Shown: positions 14,446 to 28,269, counted from the first letter of the stretch. The stretch is DNA of 64,000 bases from Eledone cirrhosa (GCA_964016885.1 CAXHJY010000050.1:85902-149901); one strand, 5' to 3'. Notes: generated by a model not told the origin, from the letters alone. Program-made: numbers and translations.

Positions 14446-14549
14446 TATATATATATATGAAAGTCGATTGACTTTCGTCAAATCGGACCGAGGAAACAAT
14501 GTTTCCATTGGTCTTTCCAATTGTTAATACTATCTATCATTCGCAACCC

Positions 14550-14856
<307 letters not shown>

Positions 14857-15469
14857 TTAAAACAATGAAATAAAAATCAAGTCATTAGAAATATACTTCA
14901 CTGCTTTACAATCGTTTCTAGGTGATAATATTACATCGTAACTATACTTCGTTATCGATCTATGTAAGGTTAGTTACAAAATATCAGATAAGGAGAATAT
15001 TTACTTACATGCATATCACCAGCTGTTGTCAAAATGACTTGATTGTTTATTCCATTGTTTTAACTTATATCATGACTCTGTTTTCCTTTTAATATTTTAT
15101 TGTTTTCCGGGATTTATTTTAACCTACAACATTTTCAACATATGGATTACATTGAGTTCTTCATGCAGACTAGACCCCACAACTTACCGTGGATACTCTC
15201 TCGTTCACGATTTCACCGAACTTATATTCATGGAAATTTGGGACTTGACTCGTTCTTCCTCACTTTTCGTTGCTTCACCATCTTTGTTTGTTTACACTCT
15301 CGTGTCCCCTTTATTTACGTGTCCCAACGACTTTTTTTAGCCGTTGCTCGCACCAACCGGAGGTATATGGTCTTTAAAGCGATGAAATACCAATGATGGT
15401 TGGAAGATCACTGATGAAGGACTAACTTTATTTATATGTATCCCATTTGCAACCACGCAGCACGTTTAT

Positions 15470-15560
<91 letters not shown>

Positions 15561-15566
<6 letters not shown>

Positions 15567-15755
15567 TAAACGGAATAGAAAATGCTGACAAATTGTTCAC
15601 AGTTGAACAATGGTTTAATTAGGAATAAAAGAGTATTAGTAATTGTATGGTTTAGTATTCAGTTGTGGTTTTAAGTTTTTAAGTTTTTACCGGTTGCGCA
15701 TTTCTAAATGCTTTTCAAAAATAATTTTGAGATAGAGTGTCCGTGTTGTTTGTTC
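15561..15755. repeat. Dispersed copy of the arm of the 24792-25196 palindrome (contains the GCAA HHR-like motif on the minus strand, 15684-15721)
   Basis: Near identity to 24796-24990. Confidence 0.85.
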
Positions 15756-15934
15756 TATATATATAAATGAAGTAATTCCGTCGGAAAAGTTGTTTTTAAA
15801 ATCCAAATTCAATAAACAGACCAGGATTTTTTCATTCTGAGGATTGAAAGCAAAATCTTTTGCTTTTAAGAAACCACTGGTAAATAGAATAATTGCCTTA
15901 TGTTGTTTATTACATAACTATATATATATATATA

Positions 15935-16175
15935 TATATATGTGAATATAGACATAGAATATTCGAAAATATTCTGTATGTTTATAATAAACATTTTGAA
16001 GACCTAATCGCTATAGAATAGAATACGTCACGTATTACAATTAGATTCTCGATAAAAGCAAGGGAAGTAATCTACGCGTTTCATTCTTGTTAGAAATCTT
16101 CAGGACTACATATCCTGTGCTTTTATAAACATACAGAATATTTTCGAATATTCTATGTCTATATTCACATATATA
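15935..16175. mobile_element. Short element with about 55-bp terminal inverted repeats and an internal HHR
   Basis: TGTGAATATAGACATAGAATATTCGAAAATATTCTGTATGTTTATAA and its reverse complement at about 16123-16169. Confidence 0.8.
16052..16126 (-). ncRNA. Type I hammerhead ribozyme with extended stem I
   Basis: Minus strand ATAAAAGCA..GTAGTC CTGAAGA T-TTCT-AACA-AGAA-T GAAA CGCG TA GATTAC..TGCTTTTAT; palindromic ACGCGT stem III; GUA triplet. Confidence 0.8.
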
Positions 16176-16196
16176 TCGCTATTTCAGAGCATTTAT

Positions 16197-16296
<100 letters not shown>

Positions 16297-16301
16297 ATAC
16301 A

Positions 16302-16357
<56 letters not shown>

Positions 16358-16856
16358 TGTATGTATATGATGCCGGCAAGCATGTGTCTGTAAATATGTG
16401 TTTTATTGTATAATATGCACATTTTTATATGTCTAATATACTTTGAAACAATACAGATAGGGTTCAGAAAAAAAAAGTGATTATAATTGTTTTCTAAACA
16501 AGAAATATTCTTAGAAAATTGATTTATAAACATTACTAATGAGACATTGCTTCATTTTGACTGCCACATTGTCTTTCTTGCTCACATCTATTTCATCTAA
16601 TTCAGTAAAGCGCTATGCCTAATTAAGAATCCTTATGTTGATCTGTAAATCAAATTGGGATGTTTTGGCACCAGATACAGCCGCACCAGACACCTTTGTG
16701 TTTAAGGGGTAACAACATCCGTTCATGTAATCACAAACGCATTTCTGTTTTTGTTTTCGTACATTTTCCATTCTTCTAGATTATTTTGTATAACTTATAT
16801 ATTTTAGGGATAAATCATTCTATTCTATTAAACAAACAATCTATGGCACTGAATTG

Positions 16857-17042
16857 AATTGGCAGTATCGGTAGAGCTTCAGACACCATGCTTTACAGTA
16901 TAAAGTTATGGCCCTTTACGTTCTGAGTTCAAATCCCGCCGAGGTTAACTTTGCTTTTCATCCTTACGGGGTCGATAACATAAAGTAAAGTACCAGTAAT
17001 GATCTGGGATAATTGCTGACATTGTGCCAAAAGTAGAAACAA
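16857..17042 (+). mobile_element. SINE family A
   Basis: Homology to 2558-2746. Confidence 0.85.
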
Positions 17043-17139
17043 TTATATAAATAAATGCAATATTATACACAAAACGCCAGCACCAACAGTTTTGCAAGCG
17101 ATGTCAACATGAATGGACCTGTTATATTTATCTAAAGAC

Positions 17140-17320
17140 ATTTTTTCCAATTCCAACCCACCCGTCCCCTCAATCATCTTATTTCTCGTTCTTTCTTCTG
17201 ATGAAGGACTAGCGTCGGAAACGTTAAGACCCTGTTGCTGCTATATCAAGCGTTAACCTAATATATCCCTTCCATATACTGTACCGATTGTATTGTTATT
17301 TCTGTTTACCTTTTACATAC
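17140..17320 (+). mobile_element. About 180-bp repeat (second copy 18013-18190) containing a minimal HHR at 17194-17229
   Basis: TCTT CTGATGA AGGACTAGCGTCG GAAA CG TT AAGA; palindromic ACGT stem III. Confidence 0.7.
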
Positions 17321-17353
17321 ATATATATACATAGAAAGTAGTTCGAAAACAAG

Positions 17354-17505
17354 TTAGCAAACCATACTCAAGGACGCGCGTTTCATCCAATGGATTGTCA
17401 ACTCGAGTGACGTTGTGCTGAAAATGGAAGTGTATATTCAACTCAACCTCACTCGAGTTGAGAATCCGTTGGGTGAAACGCGTGTCCTTGAGTATGGTTT
17501 GCTAA
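17354..17505. mobile_element. Foldback module with two opposed U3-A8 HHR-like motifs (17366-17408 minus; 17451-17493 plus)
   Basis: ACTCGAG TTGAGAA TCCGTTGGGT GAAA CGCGTG TC CTTGAGT; 7-bp stem I; GUC triplet. Confidence 0.65.
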
Positions 17506-17574
17506 TTTGTGTGGAACTAACATTCTACTGAACTCGTCCTATGGAATAAGTACTACGGATATAACCTCCCGTTG

Positions 17575-17650
<76 letters not shown>

Positions 17651-17689
17651 CACACACACCAACACATGTATATATATATATATATATAT

Positions 17690-17930
17690 GATAAAATAAT
17701 AAAACACAACTCACAAAACAAGATGGTGTAGGGCAGAACAAAGGAGGGACACAAAATAACAAATCAGTCACTAAGGAGGTCACAGAATGTATGACGAAAG
17801 AGTTTTGACAATAAATAAACAAGTATGCGGTTACTGAACCAACCAACCGGAAATTTGTAATAAATTGAAGTGAAAACAAACAGGTGCGTGTGTTTTTATT
17901 GGCAGCATGACCCTCCCAAAGTATAACAAC
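17690..17930 (+). mobile_element. Dispersed repeat family (related to 1310-1415 and 18490-18800) with a decayed HHR at 17767-17809
   Basis: GTCA CTAAGGA GGTCAC..ATGAC GAAA GAGT TT TGAC; shared ATACTTTGGGAGGGTCAT motif. Confidence 0.6.
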
Positions 17931-18012
17931 AACACACACACACACACATATATGTATGTATTTAATAAAATGATACAAAAGTAACTTAGGAAAGCTTACG
18001 ACTTAATGAAGA

Positions 18013-18190
18013 ATTTTTTCCAATTCCATCCCACCCCCTCAATCTATTTTATTTCTCATTCTTTCTTCTGATGAAGGACTAACGTCCAAAACGTTAAGAC
18101 CCTCTTCCTGCTATATCAAGTGTTAAACTAATATATACCTTCCATATACTGTACCGATTGTATTGTTATTTCTGTTTAACTTTTACATAC
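18013..18190 (+). mobile_element. Second copy of 17140-17320; HHR with GAAA changed to AAAA
   Basis: CTGATGA AGGACTAACGTCC AAAACGTTAAGA at 18068-18099. Confidence 0.7.
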
Positions 18191-18350
<160 letters not shown>

Positions 18351-18375
18351 CACACACACACACACACATACACAC

Positions 18376-18424
<49 letters not shown>

Positions 18425-18489
18425 CATATATATATACATATACATATATATATATACTTTTCAGACAACTTCAAAAACGAAATATATAT

Positions 18490-18794
18490 ATATTACGTTT
18501 TTGAATTTGTTTTGCAAGATTTCTTATCTGAAAACATGTGCTGAAACAGATACTGTTATACTTTGGGAGGGTCATAACCATCTTGGTGTAGGACAGAACA
18601 ATGGAGAGACAAAATAAAAACTCAGTGACTGCGGAGGTCACAGAATGTGTGACGAAACAGCTTTGACAATATATAAACAGCCATCCTGTTATTGAACCAA
18701 CCAACCAACCAAACAGAAATTTATAATACATTGAAGTGAAAACCAACAGGTGCCAGGTGCGTGTGATTTTATTGGGAGCATGACCCTCCCAAAG

Positions 18795-18800
<6 letters not shown>
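18490..18800 (+). mobile_element. Repeat family copy with an internal inverted ATACTTTGGGAGGGTCAT and a decayed HHR (18625-18667)
   Basis: CTGCGGA GGTCAC AGAATGT GTGAC GAAA CAGC TT TGAC. Confidence 0.6.
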
Positions 18801-18879
<79 letters not shown>

Positions 18880-19536
18880 TCGCTCTGATCGATCGATAAG
18901 ATCCCAGACCCCATTCGCTTGCCGAGTGGGATGGACCTCGTCAAATCGGACCAAAGTAACAATGTTTCTATTAATCTTTCCATTGCTGATACTATTTATC
19001 AGTCGCAACTCCTCACAGAAGATAAATATAATTATTTACTAACACCACCACAACATCTCAATTTTACAGTTTATCTCCAGTTACACAGTGTAAACAACAT
19101 TTGCTCTCTACACGAACTTAAACAACTAAAACAAATTTCACAAACACTAAGACGTGAACAATGAATACTGCCGTATGCGTGTAGTTTACACATCTTGTGT
19201 GCGTGGCCTACACATCTTGTGTGTATGGTTTACACAGCTTTACTTCTGTCTCTCCTTGTTCGCCCATTTATTCCTGCAATGGTCGTGTGAGCGGAGTCCT
19301 CCAACCCACCTTCCAGTGAGCTTGTCCTGTCAGAAGCAACCGTCTCTAATTGATCCGGCTAGATTCCCCCAGGCGAGACCAACAACATAAACTTCACTTA
19401 AACGGAGTTCTGTTAGTCAATCTTGCCAGGATTTAAGTATTTATGTGAGAAGGAATCTTCCAGTTCTTGTAAGTATGTTTCATTGAAATTTTACTTTAAT
19501 TGTTTAACATTCAAAACTACTATCGGTATCCACATA

Positions 19537-19632
19537 TATGAGGGTGAGCTGAAACGTTCAGAGGCTGATTATGAAGGAGTGATGCTAGAGCTGTGAAATT
19601 CTGCATGCATTAATTTCAGCTCTTCTTATCAT
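19537..19632. mobile_element. Tiny mariner-like MITE
   Basis: TATGAGGGTGAGCTGAAA ... TTTCAGCTCTTCTTATCATA imperfect TIRs with TA ends. Confidence 0.5.
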
Positions 19633-19635
19633 ATA

Positions 19636-19740
19636 TACAAGGTTTCGCCCAAAAATGTAAACACAAAGGCTGTGCATTTTAATAAATATTGCCCGAACAG
19701 GTAATCAAATTGTGTATACGTTTTTTGGGGAAACCTTATA
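19636..19740. mobile_element. Tiny Tc1/mariner-like MITE
   Basis: TACAAGGTTTCGCCCAAAAATGTAAACAC ... GTGTATACGTTTTTTGGGGAAACCTTATA TIRs with TA flanks. Confidence 0.6.
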
Positions 19741-19750
19741 TATCTATATT

Positions 19751-19831
<81 letters not shown>

Positions 19832-19835
19832 GTAT

Positions 19836-19933
<98 letters not shown>

Positions 19934-20080
19934 CTGCGCTTTCTAGCAACAAGCCTTCCCGCCGTAAGCAACCAATCACATTCTTTCTAACTTGACCACT
20001 GCCACATTGCGATTCTTAGCAATTTTTGAATCTAATTTTGGCGCGATCACTTTGGAAAACTAAATGTCTAATTTTGAGTT

Positions 20081-20160
20081 TGTCTCCTGATGAATCCTAA
20101 CTCTGTATATTTCCTATTAATTGGATATCTAAAGATACGGATGAAACCATGGTAGAGATA
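20081..20160 (+). ncRNA. Type I hammerhead ribozyme with a long stem II insertion
   Basis: TGTCTC CTGATGA ATCC-(41 nt)-GGAT GAAA CCATGG TA GAGATA; palindromic ACCATGGT; GUA triplet. Confidence 0.8.
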
Positions 20161-21120
20161 TAATTACGGTATGTACACATTTCTTCTAAGTTTGAATTTA
20201 CACCTAATTGTGTATGGTTGATGGTATATTTAGTCAGTTTCTACATGCTGTCGAAATGTTGGATAAATACTCTATTGGGGCCACCGCGAAGAGGCCAGTT
20301 TCGGTTATTTGTCGGAGATTTCTTCATAAGAGCCTTTATTCTTATAGCTTGGTCTAATTGATTTTTATATGGTTAATTATGCTGATTGGGAGAGGAAATG
20401 GTATATATTTTATCTAATAATTCTTAAGACATGATTTATGATATATATATACACACAAGCATCGGAATTAGAGTATTCTGCAGTTCACAGCAATAACCAT
20501 ATTAGCTCAAAGAAGAACAGAGAACTTTCAACTGAGCCCGAATACAAATATATTACACAGAGAGAAGTGTGTTACACAGTGAGATGTGTGTAAAGAATTA
20601 TTACATGTGAGTTTTACCGTTTCTGTATGGAAAACAACACATACAGCTTAGCAATTAAATAGAAAGAACACTAAGTCAGAATCAAATCTCCGAAGTAGAG
20701 TTTAACTCTTGTATATATATATATATATATGTTACTTTCATTTGTATTACTATCTCCTAGACCTAATGATTAATTGATTAATTTAATTTGACAATTCCAT
20801 TGATTGGTTAATTATTTAAGTTTGTTTAATAACGGTCTGGTTGAGTGTTTAATTCAGCTTGTGTATGGAATTTTTTCCATTGCTGATAATTTGAATTTGA
20901 CCGCCATAAATCGGCGTTACCTCCCTTTGGAGTAACATGTGCTATCACAGCGGGATTTGGGTTAGAACGAAAGCCTCTTGAGAAAGCAAGTCCTCTGTTC
21001 GATCTTCCAGAAACCTAACTTGTATAAGCAGATTTTGTTGATTTCGGATTTACAGAAACCTCCCTTAGATAGTCAATAATTTCGAAGTGATGGTCCAGGT
21101 ATGTTATATATACAGATATG

Positions 21121-21205
<85 letters not shown>

Positions 21206-21414
21206 ATGTATGTGTATGTATTTTTTCTCACTAGTCAGTTCTTTCGTTACTACAGATCACGCAGCTGAATTAGCGGTCGCTATCTTCAATTTGCAAAGCC
21301 CTTTAAACTGTACGTTATTACTCTGAGGCCTATACCTTGTCGAGTGCTTGGCTGCACTGCTGAAGGCATTCGTTGGCTTAGCTGCTGCTTGAACTTCGAA
21401 TATGCTGTACTTTC

Positions 21415-21491
<77 letters not shown>

Positions 21492-21749
21492 TACAAGAAG
21501 TTTTGATTTCGAAGCTTCATTTGAGTGAGGCTTCATGTGACATCTGGTTACACGCCTTGGTCTTGGTCGGAGATATACAGTTGTGTTGTTAATTCTTTCA
21601 AATTGGTCTACCATAAAATCTCCGTGACCATCAACATCAAATAGTGGATGAATTGTCTTTCATTGCCAAGGGTGTGGTGATTTTTTAGAAATAACTCGAT
21701 CGAAAGTTGGATCTATAGTACATCCGATAACAGCCATTTGACACCACTC

Positions 21750-21985
21750 CAGAAATGCCGCAGCGGAGGCCAAACTCTCCAAATACCGGTCGCTCTCCGA
21801 TAGGTTTGTGGTCGTGCCCTTGGCGGTGGAGATTTCTGGTGTCCTCGGCCCTAGGGCTACTTCCCTACTCACCACCTGGCCAGCCGCAGGTGTGAGCCTC
21901 GCGAGTTTGAATGGCTTTTCCAGCGCGTCTCCCTTGTCGTCCTCCGGGGAAACGCCTTCTCCATTCTGTCCGCTGGGGCTGTGGA
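21750..21985 (+). pseudogene. 3' fragment of a CRE-like non-LTR element (RLE C-terminus)
   Basis: AAAEAKLSKYRSLSDRFVVVPLAVEISGVLGP, then in a shifted frame EWLFQRVSLVVLRGNAFSIL. Confidence 0.7.
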
Positions 21986-22156
21986 GAGGCCATCAATATG
22001 ATTGACTGACTTGACATAGAGTAGAAACAGAAGACATTGGTCAGTTCACTCATTTGTTTTTATGTTATATGTACATGAACGGAAGCATGAAGAACAATTT
22101 GGTTGGTCTTTTTATTAATCCCTAACATATCGATAAACCTGTATTATTTGCCTGTA

Positions 22157-22327
22157 AGGCGGTAGAGGATCGGACATGATTTCCAGCATAGTTATATCCC
22201 TTTACGATATGAGTTCAAATCCCGCTAAGATTAACTTTGCCTTTCATCCTTACGGGGTCGATAGAGTAAAGTACCAGTAATACACTGGGATAATTGCTGG
22301 TCTTGTGCCAAAAGTAGAAACAATTAT
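22157..22327 (+). mobile_element. SINE family A
   Basis: Homology to 2558-2746. Confidence 0.8.
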
Positions 22328-23526
22328 TTGCCTGTAGAGCCTATCCTGCTTCAGAGTTGTCCTCTCGAACCACTAACAAGCTAGGGATTTCTGAAAGTTG
22401 CCTCCAGACCCTAGAGAGAAAGTCCTTCAGAATAATCTTCTATTCGGCATCTCCACATTCCTCTCTTCAAATGGAAAATTTAGAAATAACAATAATGTGG
22501 CGTGTTTTCTTTCTAAAAAATGTGATTTGAAAGAGGCTCTGTAATTGTATGTTACGGTGAACAATTTCAACTAATCAATGGACGTTTTATTCCGGATTAA
22601 CATGTGATCAGTAGGATGTCTTATGGAGGCGGTGAGACGTGCAATACAGAAGATATGATAAATTCTCCTAGAAATGTTTCACAAAACAAAAAAGAACATC
22701 GTAGAAGTGTGCAGCAGTTAAATGTTTATTGAATTGTATCATTGAAATATTAGCAGATGTTGAACACGTCAAGACAAGTGGAACTCTTGAAATCAATTGA
22801 AAAGAAAGTAAAAGAAAAAAAAAACAAAAAAAAACGCAAAAGACAAACAAAAGCAAAAGCAGAACAGAAAATAAACAACCAAAAAAACTATTGAACTGAT
22901 GTTGAAAAACAGAAAGAGAAATAAAAGCAATGTTATGAAGTCTAAATCAATCAAAGATTGGTTCTACTTGGTGCCAACCTAAGAACCAGTCTTTTGCCAA
23001 ATGTAATGTAATTTTTCAATTTACCATTTTTATTATTTAATTAATCTTCTTTATTTTTCTCCTCAATTAGTTAACGTAATATTTCCTCATTATCAGTAAT
23101 AATGGAGAAGTAAATCCCATGTCCATCTCATCAACGATTTCTCAATGACATTTCTATTTTTTTCATAATTTGGTTGGTTGGTTGGTTTGTGCACTGGCTG
23201 AGACAATTGAAACCTCTCGCAGTATCTTCTTTGTGGTCTTAACTAAGAACTAAATTAGATTTTCCACACTAATGACTAATTCCTGATCTTTATTTGATAT
23301 GGAAACATTTAATTAATGTTCTGGCTTGGAATGTCACATGAAAGCTAGAGAATCGGCTTTCTGTAGCACGATATAGATAATAAAACTGAAGCCGCTTATT
23401 GCGATCAATTTCAGAAGATGCCGTTCCATAACGATAACCAATTAACACTTCGTCTTACAAAAGGAGTTTACGAAGTTCTAATATTCTAAAAATAACTGTC
23501 ATTAAATAAGTTTATTTTGATAATAA

Positions 23527-24310
23527 TTGTTTCTAACATAAGCAAAAGAAGAGTGACCGAGGAGATGGAGAAGTGGATTAAATACAATATAGTATTTTAC
23601 TGGTACTTTATTTTATTAAATCCCAACAGTTGAAAAGCGAATTTGTCCTAGGTGTAATATAAGCTCAGAATATATAAACCGCAACAAATAGTACTAAGCA
23701 TTTGGTCAACGCCCTAACGCCTCTGCTAATCCATAGCTCGTAACTTTAACTTATACTTTAGAGCAAAAGGCCAGTCATTTTGAGGGGAAAGGAAAATTGA
23801 GTAAATAGACCCTAGTACCTAACTGGTATCGTATTTTATCGATCACAAAATGATGAAAGGCAAATTGACCTTGGGTGTGATTGAATTCAGAACGTAAAGA
23901 ACTTGTTAGTGTATCGGAAAAATACTCAAGTAATAAAGTTACGGAACATAAATACAGACACAAACGTACACACTCACACACACATTTTTATATAAGACTG
24001 GCTTTTGCAGTTTCCGTCTACCAAATTCCACTCACAAAACACTGGTCAACCCCGGGCTGTAGTAGAAGACACTTGTCCAAGGTGTCATGCAGCAGGACTA
24101 AACTCAGAACCAACCATGTCTACACCTATATATATATATATATTTATAAATAATTATTTTTGGTAGTTTCTTTATAGTTTAGTTATTATAACAACTAAGT
24201 GCCGACATGTCTGTGGAATACCCAATACTCAGCCACGTTCACGTTAATTTCACGAACAGACTTTTCCATTGATCACAACAACAGGTACACTCATCGTCAA
24301 AAGTGACGAA
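23527..24310 (-). mobile_element. Cluster of older degraded SINE copies
   Basis: Diverged CTGGTACTTTATTTTAT and GAAAGGCAAA motifs at about 23600 and 23825; tRNA-SINE remnants at about 23990-24310. Confidence 0.55.
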
Positions 24311-24791
24311 GGCACATTCTGATTCCTAACGAGATTAGAAATTCATGAAATCTGTTTATATTGTTATGAATTTCTTGAAAGTTATCGTAGTAGTTGCAGT
24401 TGTTAGTGTTATCGTGTTTATCGAAGCCACACAAGCTTGTCCTTCTATTACAAGAATTTGGCAGAGATAAAATTACTGTTGATAGATGACAACTATTAAT
24501 GGCTTTAATTCTAGTCGTTTAGATAATTAGTTGACAGTAGAACATGAGCAATATTGATTACAGAAGATTTGTTAGCAAAAAAAGGTAAAAACTCACAGAG
24601 CATACACACACACATATATATGTTTATATATATGTATATGAATATATTTGTATATGTATATATATATATTTGTATATGTATATATTTGTATATGTATATA
24701 TATATATATATGTATATATGTATATATATACATACACATGCATATATATATATATATAGTTAAAAGAATAGAGGTGTAACACACAAGTTAT

Positions 24792-25196
24792 TATATATTG
24801 GTAAACGGAATAGAAAATGCTGACAAATTGTTCACAGTTGAAAAATGGTTTAATTAGGAATAAAAGAGTATTAGTGATTGTATGGGTTAGTATTCAGTTG
24901 TGGTTTTAAGTTTTTAAGTTTTTACCGGTTGCGCATTTCTAAATGCTTTTCAAAAATAATTTTGAGATAGAGTGTCCGTGCTGTTTGCTCTGATCTGAGC
25001 AAACAGCACGGACACTCTATCTCAAAATTATTTTTGAAAAGCATTTAGAAATGCGCAACCGGTAAAAACTTAAAAACTTAAAACCACAACTGAATACTAA
25101 ACCCATACAATCACTAATACTCTTTTATTCCTAATTAAACCATTTTTCAACTGTGAACAATTTGTCAGCATTTTCTATTCCGTTTACCAATATATA
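24792..25196. repeat. Near-perfect palindrome, about 200-bp arms, 6-nt spacer TGATCT (24991-24996)
   Basis: Direct comparison of the arms; each carries TTGAAAA GCATTT-AG-AAATGC GCAA CCGG TA. Confidence 0.9.
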
Positions 25197-25231
25197 TAGA
25201 TGTGAGAAAAAACAAAGACGCTCCATCTCAA

Positions 25232-25275
25232 TTCTACTTTTGAAAAGCAGAAGAACTGCGAAACCGGTAAAGGAA
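25232..25275 (+). ncRNA. Minimal HHR, U3-A8 variant
   Basis: CTT TTGAAAA GCAG-AAGAA-CTGC GAAA CCGG TA AAG; palindromic ACCGGT; GUA triplet; short stem I. Confidence 0.6.
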
Positions 25276-25353
25276 CCAAATAAATACATATTTAAAAAAA
25301 AAAAGACTCCAGTTGCATTTTCGATTTCATCTTTTTTCCTTATATATATATAA

Positions 25354-26287
<934 letters not shown>

Positions 26288-26419
26288 AATTCTGGTAATA
26301 TTATTACAACAATATGACCCTCCCCAAGTATAACAATATATATATATATACAAATATATATACATACATATATATATATACATACATATATATATATACA
26401 TACATATGTATATATATAC

Positions 26420-26463
<44 letters not shown>

Positions 26464-26579
26464 ATAATAATAAAATTGAAGACTAAAATCCAGAGAGGGC
26501 TCGTCACCATGAACCAAAGTATCGTCTTCCTGTCTTCCTCCGGTTGCAACGTTTTTTGAAATATCCAGTTCTGCGTTTA

Positions 26580-26653
26580 CAGATTGACTTTGTTAGTTTC
26601 AGAAGATCCCGTTAAGGGTGAAAGCAGCGATTCTTTGCTTAAACTTTAATCTG
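26580..26653 (+). ncRNA. Complete CAGAAGA-core hammerhead-like fold
   Basis: CAGATTGA CTTTGTT AGTTT CAGAAGA TCCC GTTAA GGGT GAAA GCAG CGATTC TTTGC TT AAACT TTAATCTG. Confidence 0.65.
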
Positions 26654-26682
26654 TTATTTTAATAAATAATAAATATATATAT

Positions 26683-26761
<79 letters not shown>

Positions 26762-27267
26762 TATACATGCATAAATGTGCATGCACAGATATGTACATAC
26801 ATAAACACACATATGCACACACATGCATACTCTCACGCATGCACCCTCTCACACACATAATTGCATATAAATACATATACATCCATAATCAGACATACAT
26901 ACAAACACATACATACATATACACATAAGAATTTCAACAACCTTAACAATATTATGAGCGTTGTAGTAACTAATTTCACAGGTTGTGTAAATTCACAGGA
27001 GTAAAAAAGAAAATTATTTGACAGTGTCATTTTTCTTCCTTCATTTTCTCAAGAGAAATAAAAACATTTCAGTAAATAAGTTTATAAATGTTTATTTTTT
27101 CTCTCTAGATGTAGAATATCAAACATTTATCAGGAATCTCTCGCTACATTTATATATCTAGTCTCTATTTGACATTTTCATATTAAACATAAAAGATCCA
27201 GCTTTATTATTTTTTTCGTGCTGTATTTAACACTGATTCAGTAACTCTATTTTGTATGAAACTGTAG

Positions 27268-27620
27268 TCACATCATGGCCGAATGGTAAAGATGTTTGTT
27301 TGGCAATCACTAGGTTTCGGGTTCGATTCCAATGTGATGCATTTTAGGTAAATATCATTTTTCCTAACATCGAGTTGACCTATGGCTTGCAAGTGAAATT
27401 GGGCAGATAGAAACTATTTAGAAACAGGTTGGATGGAGTGTATCTGTAATTCATAGGATCACCAATGTTACATACTGCGTCACACTGAATCTCCCTGTGA
27501 ATTACATTAAGAATACACGTGTCTGTGGAATGCTCAGTCATTTTCATGTTAATTTCATGAACAGGCTTTTCAATAGATTAAATAACTGGAACAGTCATCG
27601 TCGAAACCAATGGAGATCCA
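27268..27620 (+). mobile_element. tRNA-derived SINE, degraded
   Basis: TGGCCGAATGGTAA A-box and GGGTTCGATTCC B-box. Confidence 0.65.
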
Positions 27621-27877
27621 TTTCACGTGATGTGTGCGTGTATAAGTTGTGTGTAGTTAAAAGTAATTTGACTGTTATTTATAGCACGTTGTGTCTCACG
27701 AGATCTTATAGAATATCTACAATAAAAAACATTTATCTTCTCTGCCAAAACAAGGCAGAAATAACACACACACACAAACACACACAAGCATTCACACGCT
27801 ATAACACTCCCTGTCATACACAGACACACACACACACAGACACACACACACACACACACACTCTATAACACTCCCTG

Positions 27878-27915
<38 letters not shown>

Positions 27916-27929
27916 CTCTCTTACTGAAA

Positions 27930-28255
27930 TAATTGTTTCTACTATTGGCACAAGGCCAGCAATATCCAGTACATTACTGGTACTTTATCTTATCGACCCC
28001 GTAAGGATGAAAGGCAAAGTTAACTTCGGAGGGATTTGAACTCAGAATGGCAAGGGCCGTAACTCTATGCGTCAAAGCATGGCGTCCGACCCTCTACCGA
28101 TACTGCCAATACTGAAATAATTGTTTCTGATTCAGGCACAAGGCCAACAATTTGGAGGAGGGGAAAGTCAATTAAATCCACCCCAGTACATCATTGTTAC
28201 TTTATTTTATCGACCCCGTAAGGATGAAAGCAAAGTTAACCTGGGCGGGATTTAA
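27930..28255 (-). mobile_element. Two tandem SINE family A copies (27930-28110 and 28118-28255)
   Basis: Homology to 939-1121. Confidence 0.85.
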
Positions 28256-28269
28256 ATTCTTTAGGATCT

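Noticed and set aside
21490-21750. Minus-strand peptide-like stretch (AVIGCTIDPTFDRV...)
   Set aside because: It has an internal stop, no recognisable family and no clear splice sites.
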